Shown in pieces: positions 12,111-25,354 of a DNA stretch of 64,000 bases. Each line of letters starts with the position of its first letter. Position 1 is the first letter of the stretch. A model generated the notes under the pieces. The model was not told the DNA's origin. It ran no database searches and saw only the letters and a program-made list of their open reading frames with translations. Source of the stretch: Amphiscolops sp. MND2022 (taxonomy: Eukaryota); the NCBI GenBank assembly GCA_964187785.1, contig OZ076409.1, positions 35,280,001 through 35,344,000 of the forward strand, read 5' to 3'. The position numbers were made by a program, and so were the translations under genes.

Positions 12111-12895
12111 TTCTTTTATTTGATAACTTGGTTTTTAATTTACATTTATTTATATTTTTACAAGTTTAGTTTTCAAAAAGTATGAAAGTGAGCACAGTAT
12201 CAGTTGGTTTCATTCTATAATTAAGGTCAACAATATCATTGTACTGGTCTTTCTTCAAACTATTCAACACGGTTTATTAAGTTGAATAGTCTAAGACTCA
12301 TAAATAATACACACCATCTGATGTTTGTATTTCTGTTCCGTATTTCTCCAACAATTATTGGTTTGTTAAAGTTGGATACTCAATAAAAATTTGGAGTTTA
12401 TTTTCAAAGTCAAACAATCCTTTATTATATAGTAATTGAACAGTATCTTTGACTGCTTCACTTTTACATTTTTCCAATTCCAAAATAAGGTTTCTCTCGA
12501 AGTGATTACGTAAAATGGTTTGTTGTTCCTCTCCTAATTTGGCAGCATCCAAAATATATTCTTTCTTCTTTCTAATATTTTATTTTTTAATTATCTTGTT
12601 CTAAATACTTCAAATTCGTTTTTATATTTTCTACAATTTTATTGTATCTAAGAAATACTTCGCATTGACTACTACCTTGGTTTCACCGTCGACAAATATA
12701 ATTTCCTGTATAATTTCTAATTTATCAGACATAGTGCTTCGCATAGTGCTTCGAATTTCAATAACTTTTATGTTAAACAAGATAATTTTTAATTCCAATT
12801 CTTTTTCTAAATTCTCAATTTTATCTTTTTGCAAGCTCTCGGCTTATAACCAATTGTATGAATTGCCTTTATTTATCTAGGTTTAATAACTCAAA

Positions 12896-13800
12896 TTAGT
12901 GGAAACTATTCATACTTTTTAACACCTTCTGGTTAGATCCAAAGTTGAATACACTTCTTAGAAGTTCTTGCTCATAATATTTTCCTTGAATAACTTCTCC
13001 ATTTCCATATTCTAGAGTATAAGGTACTGGCTTCGTTTTGTTAATTTTGTGTGTTTTAAAAAGTTTCAATTTGTTGTATAACCTCAACTATACAATTTGC
13101 GTTTGTAAGGAACTCTTACAACATCCCCCACTTGAAACTTAGGTAAATCAGAATTATTGCAAGGTATTAGACTAGAAATTGTTTTGTCAATACTAGCTTC
13201 AAAAGGTGTGTTGTGCTTCATACGTGTTGTGGTGTGCACACGATCATCATAAGTTCCCAAAGCAGCGTCAAGATGATTCAACCAACAAGCTTTACCTTCA
13301 AAATACATTGGTTCTTCAAGAAGTTTTAATATTGTTCTATTGAAGCGTTCAACAAAAACAGCTTTCAAATCTGAATTAGTTGAACAAACCTGAATGTTTT
13401 CCTCTTAGGAATATTTAAAAAAGTTTTATTTTATAACTTTTTACCATCATCCGACCAAATTTCAAGTATCTTTCTTTTTTGCTTCTCCAATAGGACGTTT
13501 TAATGCAGTTGTTGTACTTTTTCCTGATTTATCTTTGAGAGGAATCGCCCATGCATTTTGTATGATTGTCAGTTATTGTAAAAACAAACTTTAAGTTTTG
13601 TTGTATTTTGCTAAGCTAGACTGGTCTATCAGATCAATACTCCAACACTCATCTTCATAATGGGGAATTATTTCATTGCGATCAAGTTTAATAATTACAG
13701 GAGAGACTACTTCTTTAGCATTTTTTTTCTTTTCGTTCATTTAATAATTTGGAAGTTTTCATTAGGAATTGAAGTTGCAATTATATGTAGTACTAAACTG
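12896..13800 (-). pseudogene. int: Retroviral-like (rve) c-integrase, copy 1
   Basis: WSIDLID, AWAIPLKDKSG, IWSDDGK, KAVFVERFNRTI, KFQVGDVVRV, IQGKYYEQELL; frameshifted. Confidence 0.93.
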
Positions 13801-14208
13801 TATTGTTAACAGTTGACATTTTTACTACTTTCTCAAGGGTTTTTCAACTACTTTAACATCTTTTCTACCTACTATAAAGTATTTTTCAACTACTTTAACA
13901 GTCTTTTTACCACTAAGAAAGTAGTCGTTATACTTTATAGAGTATCTATAGAGTACAATATAAATAACTTCCAAAGAATAAATACTATATAAATAAAGAA
14001 TTTTCAAAGATAAATTTATGAAAGTTGTGATGATGGTGAACAAGAAGTTTCTTGTGAAGAGTGTTTAAAAGTACTACCATCGACTGCTTCTCATACCTAC
14101 ACACACACGGGTGGGTTCGATAAAAAAATGTATATCATGTTATATTGCTGATGTTGATCGTAATTGTGGCAAGTTAGTTATTCGCACTAATAGTTGAATA
14201 AACACTTC

Positions 14209-14897
14209 ACTTGAAAATCTGTGTCCAGAAAATAAAACAAAAAGTAAATAATACAATTGATACAATTGATATTACAGTTGATACAATTAAAACAAATATT
14301 TTCATAATTGATACAGAAACAAATTACAAATTAAATCGAACATTATTAGTTGGTCCAACATTTTGTGATAAGACCCATTTGTTAGTAAACAAATTTCAAT
14401 TATTTCGCTTGGATAATCCTGAACAACTAATAAAAATGAAAACTATATCTCCGGAACAGTACGGCAACGCTGGCTTTGCATTAGAACATAGAAGACGTTT
14501 CAGTGAAGAAGATCTAGAAGATAGAACAATACAAGATTTTCAAAATTGTTGTGTTGTATTTGATGATATGTTGGATAGTAATCAAAACCCAATAGATCCA
14601 TTTTTTTTACTAGAAGAAGACATAATGATTTATATGTTTATTCTTTATCACAGTAAAACTTTGATTTGCCTAAAAGAACAATTAGAAACAATTCGATATA
14701 AAAATTTTATTCCAACAAACCTTGAAAAACATAGAACATATTCATACAGACATAGCAGCTTTTAGTATGTCTTGGGATGAATTTAAAAGTCTTTGCGTAG
14801 AAGCATGGAAAGAAAAATATACTTAAATATTGATAAATAGGGTAGAAGATAAAAATGATTAAAAAAATATAAGATTTGTAATGAATCTATGAATCTA
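14209..14897 (+). pseudogene. Packaging ATPase, copy 2
   Basis: ORF 14211..14765 with GPTFCDKT and VVFDDML. Confidence 0.85.
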
Positions 14898-15633
14898 CAA
14901 ATTTACATTATATCTACACTGACCGTTTTGTTCTTAGTTTTGATTCAAACAACCAACAACTTTTTCCAACGAAACAAAATTGAATTTGATTTTGGTGAAT
15001 TAGTGCTTTAAGTGATTTTAGTAAATCTCAGGAATTATACGATCCTATTACCAACAAAATTATAGGAAAAATGAAAGTTGAAACAAGTCCGGTATTAGTA
15101 TTAGATAGCTTCACAGCCTTACGATCAAAGTCATATTTTTCTTCATACCAAAGGCACGAAGCGTATGATAACGCTATAGTACAAAAAGCAAAACAAAAAG
15201 GATTACAAAAAGCCCCCCAAATGTGAAGATTACAAGAATTTATTGTTTATGTCCGAAACGCCAAATGCAACAATGTATTCAATTCGTTCAAACTTACATC
15301 AATTATCAGTTGAAAAACAAAACAAACTAGCTTTTAATCCTTTTGACGTTAAACGTATGTACTTAAATCGAATACAATGTTTAAAATAGAACAAACACAC
15401 ACAGCAAGGCGATTGTCCTTGTCTATTTTGTTTGAAGTTTATACTTTTATATCAGAACAAATTATTCGATGCCAGCTTTGTTGTAACTGAAAATTGTAAA
15501 ACAAATGAAACAATACAGCAAAGCTGGCTTCATATACCGAAGGCGCTTCGCGTATGCTTAAATGATTGGTATTGGAAATAAAAATTAACCCATCAAGAGC
15601 TTTTAAAGCTGATAAGTGATCGAGCACATCCTT
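14898..15633 (+). pseudogene. pPolB: pPolB C-terminal part, copy 2
   Basis: Near-identical to 9480-10215. Confidence 0.85.
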
Positions 15634-15834
15634 TATAATTTTAAATCATTTAAAATAATATTTTTAATAAGGAATCTCTGATATCCTTAGATGATAAGTA
15701 TATTTTATTACATTTATGTATATTTTTTAATATTCATATATATATAAATATCATATTGTTGTCATTAATAATTATATCAATATTATCATTTTAAATAAAA
15801 TTATTATAAATTCATTCATTATAAATTTTGTTTC

Positions 15835-16898
15835 TCATATTAAATCAAAATGCCTTTGTCCGTCACTACTGATAAGTATCAACTTGGGTTTTAGTACAAA
15901 GGCGTAAGCTATTAAATCTGCTACATTATTGGCAGCGCTAAATTTATATTCTAATCTGATAGGTTGACTCGCAAAATGATCTTTTTGTTTGGATAAGATA
16001 AATACATAGAAATTATAGTTTGTCCTGAGTTTATGCAAATCAAAAAATGGCCTCAATAGGTTAGTTTCATTTTTTAACCAAATGAGTTTTTCTATTTCTT
16101 GATATGCTTCACGGTAATTGCATCTATCAGAGTCACCTTCACCTCCATCAATACGATATTTTTCTGATCCTATTTTACAAACAGCATTTGAAATAGATAA
16201 ACGATCAAACATTGCATTATCATGTGTTTGTGAATCACTTTTATCTCTAGCTTGAAATCCAACTATTACGAAAGATGGTGTTGATTCTCCACTTTTTCCC
16301 AGGTCAAAGGTCCAATTATTGTTAGTGTTTACATCTTTTCTAAAAACATTCCGTTCCATGTAATACAATTCATTTGGATCTTTATTCTGTAATTCATCCA
16401 TCTTAATTTGTTGGTTTTCTAAGCTAGGTGTAAAGTGTGGAATATTTTTGGAACCAACCAAAATTTTTGCTAACATTTTTTGCAGCATCACTTGTCTTTT
16501 GATAGCGACTGATTCCTCAAACACATACATCAATTCACTGACTTGTTGTTGGGAAGTTTATGCAATATACTCATTATAATATGGAGGTTGTCAACTTTTT
16601 CCAAAAGGTTCCCCGAACTGGTTGTCAGCTTAGCTTCACTAAAAAAGCAACAGGCCCAAAATTTACTAGTGCTATTATCATTACTACTATCATTATCCAC
16701 ATGTCTTATATCGTCAGTTTCAAAATCTAATGATATTTAAAAGTTTTGTAAACAAATATATGCATCTTCTTTCGGCAAACTGATTGAAACATTTGAATTA
16801 TTATTATTGATTGTACCGAAACTATCTGGAATTTATTTTATAAAATCAATTTTATGAATAGGTCTAACAAGAGCATACTTATTTTTCAAAGAAAATAT
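15835..16898 (-). pseudogene. Major capsid protein, copy 2
   Basis: ORF 15835..16533 translates identically to 10417..11115. Confidence 0.75.
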
Positions 16899-17042
16899 TT
16901 CCAATTATAATAGAAAAAAGATTTGAAATCAGTTTTTAAAATTTATATTTATTTGCAAAGCCTAGACTTTCTTTCTAATATTATTTTTACAGAACAAACC
17001 TTTTTTTAAAAAATAAACTTAGAAGTATTTTAGTTTAATTGT

Positions 17043-17528
17043 TTTTATTCACATCGTATCTTTGTTTTAGTTTGTTGTGTTCATTCAGATCTATTTTTTG
17101 TCTTCTAGACACTTTGTGTGTAGCTTTTGGAAGTTGTTTAAAGTTCCACCAGCATGTGTATATTTATTAAAATTGTGTTGTTCTTTTCTTTCCAGATACT
17201 CACCAATAAACTTACTGAAAATGCATACTCCAGCACGTATACCACTCGCGATGGGGACAACAACCTTTCCAACTCCGGTAACACTTAACAAGATACTTGT
17301 TGAAGAAACAGCCGATACTAAATTTCCATCAGTAGATTGAAGTAAACAGTTTATAATTTTATAAGTCTTATATTTCTTTTTATACTTTTTAGCTTCATGA
17401 TTATGAAAAAGTTTTATTATATCTTTTATATTTTGAAATGAATTAAAAAAACTATTTATTTCATCCAGTCGTATATCTAAACCATCTGGATGCGCTTCGC
17501 TTAAACAAGAAAATAATTTTTCACTCAT
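17043..17528 (-). pseudogene. Conserved hydrophobic-hairpin Polinton protein, copy 2
   Basis: ORF 17091..17528 translates identically to 11673..12110. Confidence 0.55.
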
Positions 17529-18313
17529 TTCTTTTATTTGATAACTTGGTTTTTAATTTACATTTATTTATATTTTTACAAGTTTAGTTTTCAAAAAGTA
17601 TGAAAGTGAGCACAGTATCAGTTGGTTTCATTCTATAATTAAGGTCAACAATATCATTGTACTGGTCTTTCTTCAAACTATTCAACACGGTTTATTAAGT
17701 TGAATAGTCTAAGACTCATAAATAATACACACCATCTGATGTTTGTATTTCTGTTCCGTATTTCTCCAACAATTATTGGTTTGTTAAAGTTGGATACTCA
17801 ATAAAAATTTGGAGTTTATTTTCAAAGTCAAACAATCCTTTATTATATAGTAATTGAACAGTATCTTTGACTGCTTCACTTTTACATTTTTCCAATTCCA
17901 AAATAAGGTTTCTCTCGAAGTGATTACGTAAAATGGTTTGTTGTTCTTCTCCTAATTTGGCAGCATCCAAAATATATTCTTTCTTCTTTCTAATATTTTA
18001 TTTTTTAATTATCTTGTTCTAAATACTTCAAATTCGTTTTTATATTTTCTACAATTTTATTGTATCTAAGAAATACTTCGCATTGACTACTACCTTGGTT
18101 TCACCGTCGACAAATATAATTTCCTGTATAATTTCTAATTTATCAGACATAGTGCTTCGCATAGTGCTTCGAATTTCAATAACTTTTATGTTAAACAAGA
18201 TAATTTTTAATTCCAATTCTTTTTCTAAATTCTCAATTTTATCTTTTTGCAAGCTCTCGGCTTATAACCAATTGTATGAATTGCCTTTATTTATCTAGGT
18301 TTAATAACTCAAA

Positions 18314-19218
18314 TTAGTGGAAACTATTCATACTTTTTAACACCTTCTGGTTAGATCCAAAGTTGAATACACTTCTTAGAAGTTCTTGCTCATAATATTT
18401 TCCTTGAATAACTTCTCCATTTCCATATTCTAGAGTATAAGGTACTGGCTTCGTTTTGTTAATTTTGTGTGTTTTAAAAAGTTTCAATTTGTTGTATAAC
18501 CTCAACTATACAATTTGCGTTTGTAAGGAACTCTTACAACATCCCCCACTTGAAACTTAGGTAAATCAGAATTATTGCAAGGTATTAGACTAGAAATTGT
18601 TTTGTCAATACTAGCTTCAAAAGGTGTGTTGTGCTTCATACGTGTTGTGGTGTGCACACGATCATCATAAGTTCCCAAAGCAGCGTCAAGATGATTCAAC
18701 CAACAAGCTTTACCTTCAAAATACATTGGTTCTTCAAGAAGTTTTAATATTGTTCTATTGAAGCGTTCAACAAAAACAGCTTTCAAATCTGAATTAGTTG
18801 AACAAACCTGAATGTTTTCCTCTTAGGAATATTTAAAAAAGTTTTATTTTATAACTTTTTACCATCATCCGACCAAATTTCAAGTATCTTTCTTTTTTGC
18901 TTCTCCAATAGGACGTTTTAATGCAGTTGTTGTACTTTTTCCTGATTTATCTTTGAGAGGAATCGCCCATGCATTTTGTATGATTGTCAGTTATTGTAAA
19001 AACAAACTTTAAGTTTTGTTGTATTTTGCTAAGCTAGACTGGTCTATCAGATCAATACTCCAACACTCATCTTCATAATGGGGAATTATTTCATTGCGAT
19101 CAAGTTTAATAATTACAGGAGAGACTACTTCTTTAGAATTTTCTTTTTTTCGTTCATTTAATAATTTGGAAGTTTTCATTAGGAATTGAAGTTGCAATTA
19201 TATGTAGTACTAAACTGT
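18314..19218 (-). pseudogene. int: c-integrase, copy 2
   Basis: ORFs 18314..18505, 18502..18786 and 19009..19197 carry the same motifs as copy 1. Confidence 0.93.
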
Positions 19219-19623
19219 ATTGTTAACAGTTGACATTTTTACTACTTTCTCAAGGGTTTTTCAACTACTTTAACATCTTTTCTACCTACTATAAAGTATT
19301 TTTCAACTACTTTAACAGTCTTTTTACCACTAAGAAAGTAGTCGTTATACTTTATAGAGTATCTATAGAGTACAATATAAATAACTTCCAAAGAATAAAT
19401 ACTATATAAATAAAGAATTTTCAAAGATAAATTTATGAAAGTTGTGATGATGGTGAACAAGAAGTTTCTTGTGAAGAGTGTTTAAAAGTACTACCATCGA
19501 CTGCTTCTCATACCTACACACACACGGGTGGGTTCGATAAAAAAATGTATATCATGTTATATTGCTGATGTTGATCGTAATTGTGGCAAGTTAGTTATTC
19601 GCACTAATTTGAATAAACACTTC

Positions 19624-20312
19624 ACTTGAAAATCTGTGTCCAGAAAATAAAACAAAAAGTAAATAATACAATTGATACAATTGATATTACAGTTGATACA
19701 ATTAAAACAAATATTTTCATAATTGATACAGAAACAAATTACAAATTAAATCGAACATTATTAGTTGGTCCAACATTTTGTGATAAGACCCATTTGTTAG
19801 TAAACAAATTTCAATTATTTCGCTTGGATAATCCTGAACAACTAATAAAAATAAAAACTATACCTCCGGAACAGTACGGCAACGCTGGCTTTGCATTAGA
19901 ACATAGAAGACGTTTCAGTGGAAGAAGATCTAGAAGATAGAACAATACAAGATTTTCAAAATTGTTGTGTTGTATTTGATGATATGTTGGATAGTAATCA
20001 AAACCCAATAGATCCATTTTTTCACTAGAGGAAGACATAATGATTTAGATGTTTATTCTTTATCACAGTAACACTTTGATTTGCCTAAAAGAACAATTAG
20101 AAACAATTCGATATAAAAATTTTATTCCAACAAACCTTGAAAAACATAGAACATATTCATACAGACATAGCAGCTTTTAGTATGTCTTGGGATGAATTTA
20201 AAAGTCTTTGCGTAGAAGCATGGAAAGAAAAATATACTTAAATATTGATAAATAGGGTAGAAGATAAAAATGGTTAAAAAAATATAAGATTTGTAATGAA
20301 TCTATGAATCTA
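19624..20312 (+). pseudogene. Packaging ATPase, copy 3
   Basis: GPTFCDKT and VVFDDML; retains the codons for TRGRH. Confidence 0.85.
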
Positions 20313-21048
20313 CACATTTACATTATATCTACACTGACCGTTTTGTTCTTAGTTTTGATTCAAACAACCAACAACTTTTTCCAACGAAACAAAATTGAAT
20401 TTGATTTTGGTGAATTAGTGCTTTAAGTGATTTTAGTAAATCTCAGGAATTATATGATCCTATTATCAACAAAATTATAGGAAAAATGAAAGTTGAAACG
20501 AGTCCGGTATTAGTATTAGATAGCTTCACAGCCTTACGATTAAAGTCATATTTTTCTTCATACCAAAGGCACGAAGCGTATGATAACGCTATAGTACAAA
20601 AAGCAAAACAAAAAGGATTACAAAAAGCCCCCCAAATGTGAAGATTACAAGAATTTATTGTTTATGTCCGAAACGCCAAATGCAACAATGTATTCAATTC
20701 GTTCAAACTTACATCAATTATCAGTTGAAAAACAAAACAAACTAGCTTTGAATCCTTTTGACGATAAACGTATGTACTTAAATCGAATACAATGTTTACA
20801 ATAGAAAAAACACATACAGCAAGGCGATTGTCCTTGTCTATTTTGATTGAAGTTTATACTTTTATATCAGAACGAATTATTCGATGCCAGCTTTGTTGTA
20901 ACTGGAAGTTGTAAAACAAATGAAAAAATACAGCAAAGCTGGCTTCATATACCGAAGGCGCTTCGCGTATGCTTAAATGATTGGTATTGGAAATAAGAAT
21001 TAACCCATCAAGAGCTTTTAAAGCTGATAAGTGACCGAGCACATCCTT
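20313..21048 (+). pseudogene. pPolB: pPolB C-terminal part, copy 3
   Basis: Diverged copy that keeps the canonical LNPFDDKR. Confidence 0.85.
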
Positions 21049-21249
21049 TATAATTTTAAATCATTTAAAATAATATTTTTAATAAGGAATCTCTGATATC
21101 CTTAGATGATAAGTATATTTTATTAAATTTATGTATATTTCTTAATAATCATTTATATATAAATATAATATTGTTGTCATTTAAAATTATATCAATATTA
21201 TCATTTTAAATAAACTTATTATAAATTCGTTCATTATAAATTTTGTTTC

Positions 21250-22307
21250 TCATATTAAATCAAAATGCCTTTGTCCGTCACTACTGATAAGTATCAACTT
21301 GGGTTTTAGTACAAAGGCATAAGCTATTAAAGCTGCTACATTATTGGCAGCGCTAAATTTATATTCTAATCTGATAGGTTAACTCGCAAAATGATCTTTT
21401 TGTTTGGATAAGTTAAATACATAGAAATTATAATTTGTCCTGAGTTTATGCAAATAAAAAAATGGCCTCAATAGGTTAGTTTCACCTTTCAACCAAATGA
21501 GTTTTTCTATTTCTTGATATGCTTCACGGTAATTGCATCTATCATAGTCACCTTCACTTCCATCAATACGATATTTTACCTGATCCTATTTTACAAACAG
21601 CATTTGAAATAGATAAACGATCATACATTGCATTATCATGTGTTTGTGAATCACTTTTATCTCTTGCTTGAAATCCAACTACTACGAAAGTTGGTGTTGA
21701 TTCTCCACTTTTTCCCAAGTCAAAGGTCCAATTATTGTTAGTGTTTACATCTTTTCTAAAAACATTCCGTTCCATGTAATACAATTCATTTGGATCTTTA
21801 TTCTGTAATTCATCCATCCTAATTTGTTGGTTTTCGAAGCTAGGTGTAAAGTGTGGAACATACCAACCAAATATTTTGCTAACATTTTTTGCAGCATCAC
21901 TTGTCTTTTGATAGCGACTGATTCCTCAAACCCATACATCAATTCACTGACTTGTTGTTGGGAAGTTTATGCAATATACTCATTATAATATGGAGGTTGT
22001 CAACTTTTTCCAAAAGGTTCCCCGAACTGGTTGTCAGCTTAGCTTCACTAAAAAAGCAACAGGCCCAAAATTTACTAGTGCTATTATCATTACTACTATC
22101 ATTATCCACATGTCTTATATCGTCAGTTTCAAAATCTCATGATATTTAAAAGTTTTGTAAACAAATATATGCATCTTCTTTCGGCAAACTGATTGAAACA
22201 TTTGAATTATTATTATTGATTGTAGCGAAACTATCTGGAATTTATTTTATAAAATCAATTTTATGAATAGGTCTAACAAGAGCATACTCATTTTTCATAG
22301 AAAAAAT
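21250..22307 (-). pseudogene. Major capsid protein, copy 3
   Basis: ORFs 21563..21817 and 21745..21942 are homologous to copies 1 and 2. Confidence 0.75.
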
Positions 22308-22443
22308 TTCCAATTATAATAGAAAAAAGATTTGAAATCAGTTTTTAAAATTTATATTTATTTGCAAAGCTTAGTCTTTCTTTCTAATATTTTTTTTACA
22401 GAACAAACCTATTTTTTAAAAATAAACTTAGAAGTATTTTAGT

Positions 22444-22802
22444 TTAATTGTCTTTATTCACATCGTATCTTTGTTTTAGTTTGTTGTGTTCATTCAGATC
22501 TATTTTATTGTCTTCTAGACACTTTGTGTGTAGCTTTTGGAAGTTGTTTAAAGTTCCACCAGCATGTGTATATTTATTAAAATTGTGTTGTTCTTTTCTT
22601 TCCAGATACTCACCAATAAACTTACTGAAAATGCATACTCCAGCACCTATACCACTCGCGATGGGGACAACAACCTGTCCAACTCCGGTAACACTTAACA
22701 AGATACTTGTTGAAGAAACAGCCGATACTAAAACTCCATCAGTAGATTGAAGTAAACCGTTTATAATTTTATAAGTCTTATATTTCTTTTTATACTTTTT
22801 AG
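22444..22802 (-). pseudogene. Hydrophobic-hairpin Polinton protein, copy 3 (5'-truncated by deletion)
   Basis: ORF 22444..22701; deletion junction at ~22803. Confidence 0.55.
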
Positions 22803-22957
22803 CATTCGAATTTCAATAAATTTTATGTTAAACAAGATGGTTTTTAAATCCAATTCTCTTTCTAAATTCTCATTTTTATCTTTTTGATAAAGATAAGCTC
22901 TCGGCTTATAACCAATTGTATGAATTGCCATTATTTATCGAGGTTAAATAACTCAAA

Positions 22958-23818
22958 TTAGTGGAAACTATTCATACTTTTTAACACCTTCTGGTTAGAT
23001 CCAAAGTTGAATACACTTCTTAGAAGTTCTTGCTCATAATATTTTCCTTGAATAACTTCTCTATTTCCATATTCTAGAGTATAAGGTACTGGCTTCGTTT
23101 TGTTAATTTTATGTGTTTTAAAAAGTTTCAATTTGTTGTATAACCTTTACTATACAATTTGCGTTTGTAGGGAACTCTTACAACATCCCCCACTTGAAAC
23201 TTAGGTAAATCAGAATTATTGCAAGGTATTAGACTAGAAATTGTTTTGTCAATACTAGCTTCAAAAGGTGTGTTGTGCTTCATACGTGTTGTGGTGTGCA
23301 CACGATCATCATAAGTTCCCAAAGCAGCGTCCTTCAATAAGTTTTAATATTGTTCTTTTGAAGCGTTCAACAAAAACAGCTTTCAAATCTGAATTAATTG
23401 AACAAACCTGAATGTTTTCCTCTTAGGAAAATTTAAAAAAGTTTTATTTTATAACTTTTTACCATCATCCGACCAAATTTCAAGTATCTTTCTTTTTTGC
23501 TTCTCCAATAGGACGTTTTAATGCAGTTGTTGTACTTTTTCCTGATTTATCTTTGAGAGGAATCGCCCATGCATTTTGTATGATTGTCAGTTATTGTAAA
23601 AACAAACTTTAAGTTTTGTTGTATTTTGCTAAGCTAGACTGGTCTATCAGATCAATACTCCAACACTCATCTTCATAATGGGGAATTATTTCATTGCGAT
23701 CAAGTTTAATAATTACAGGAGAGACTACTTCTTTAGAATTTTCTTTTTTTCGTTCATTTAATAATTTGGAAGTTTTCATTAGGAATTGAAGTTGCAATTA
23801 TATGTAGTACTAAATTGT
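22958..23818 (-). pseudogene. int: c-integrase, copy 3
   Basis: ORFs 23128..23337 (KFQVGDVVRV...SKGYTTN) and 23609..23797; about 44 bp deleted near 23330. Confidence 0.92.
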
Positions 23819-24208
23819 ATTGTTAACAGTTGACATTTTTACTATTTTTTCAAGGGTTTTTCAACTACTCTAACATCTTTTCTACCTACTATAAAGTATT
23901 TTTCAACTACTTTAACAGTGTTTTTACCATTAAGAAAGTAGTTGTTATACTTTATAGAGTATCTATAGAGTACAATATAAATAACATCCAAAGAATAAAT
24001 ACTATATAAATAAAGAATTTTCAAAGATAAATTTATGAAAGTTGTGATGATGGTGAACAAGAAGTTTCTTGTGAAGAGTGTTTAAAAGTACTACCATCGA
24101 CTGCTTCTCATACCTACACACACACGGGTAAGTTCGATAAAAAAATGTATATCATGTTATTTTGCTGATGTTGAGGGTAATTGTGGGAAGTTAGTTATTC
24201 GCACTAAT

Positions 24209-24945
24209 TTGAATAAACACTTGAAAATCTGTGTCCAGAAAATAAAACAAAAAGTAAATGATACAATTGATACAAATGATAATACAGTTGATACAATTAA
24301 AACAAATATTTTCATAATTGATACAGAAACAAATTACAAATTAAATCGAACATTATTAGTTGGTCCAACATTTTGTGATAAGACCCATTTGTTAGTGAAC
24401 AAATTTCAATTATTTCGCTTGGATAATCCTGAACAACAAATAAAAATAAAAACTATGTCTCCGGAACAGTACGGCAACGCTGGCTTTGCATTAGAACATA
24501 GAAGAAGTTCCAGTGGAAGAAGATCTAGACGATAGAACAATACAAGATTTTCAAAATTGCTGTGTTGTATTTGATGATATGTTGGATAGTAATCAAAACC
24601 CAATAGATCCATTTTTTACTAGAGGAAGACACAATGATTTAGATGTTTATTCTTTATCACAGTCACACTTTGATTTGCCTAAAAGAACAATTAGAAACAA
24701 TTCGATATAAAAACTTTATTCCAACAAACCTTGAAAAATATAGAACATATTCATACAGACATATCAGCTTTCAGTATGTCTTGGGATGAATTTAAAAGTC
24801 TTTGCGTAGAAGCATGGAAAAAAATATAATTAAAAATTGATAAATAGGGTAGAAGATAAAAATGGTTAAAAAAATATAAGATTTGTAATGAATCTATGAA
24901 TCTAATCCGGAGTATGAAATCAATAATCCACAAACGTATTTTTTT
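24209..24945 (+). pseudogene. Packaging ATPase, copy 4 (native position, continues into its own 3' end)
   Basis: GPTFCDKT, CCVVFDDML, FTRGRHNDLDVYSLSQSHFDLPKRTIRNNS (A32-type arginine-finger region). Confidence 0.9.
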
Positions 24946-25354
24946 AAACCTAAAATAAATAATTGTTTTCAATCTTTTGAATACAAAACATTTTAATCTT
25001 TTATTTCTTCGGCTATTTTTCAAAAATTGTTGTCTAGTTTCTCTCCGAGTTGTTAAGAGCAATTCGAAATCATTTCTGATAGACCTTCCAACTTTAATTT
25101 AAAACGAAAGTTTTTCTTTTCTCAATTCTTGAATTTCTTTTTTCAGTTCATTGAATTGATTATCTTTAGATGGATTATCATTTTCTTTTCTCATATCAAA
25201 AACTTGATCATCTATTTGTTTATAAACAGTTTCCTAATTAAATAATATTTTTAGATTGAAACAAGACCAAGGTGCTTTGCATACCGAAGGTGCTTTGCAT
25301 AACGAAGGCGCTTTGCATATTTTGATGTTGGGAAGGTGTAATGCATTGCTATTG

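Larger units (their letters stand above)
8260..24904. repeat. Tandem array A-B-A-B-A-B'-A of Polinton internal DNA. A ~1.22 kb at 8260-9479, 13677-14897, 19095-20312, 23695-24904; B ~4.2 kb; B' shorter by ~0.82 kb
   Basis: The anchor tgcgatcaagtttaataattacagg occurs at 8260, 13677, 19095 and 23695 (periods 5417, 5418, 4600). Identical or near-identical ORFs repeat in the ORF track. Confidence 0.97.

Noticed and set aside
8260..24904. A blocks as true LTRs of a retroelement
   Set aside because: They contain ATPase and integrase coding fragments, lack PBS/PPT, and the enclosed DNA has no RT.
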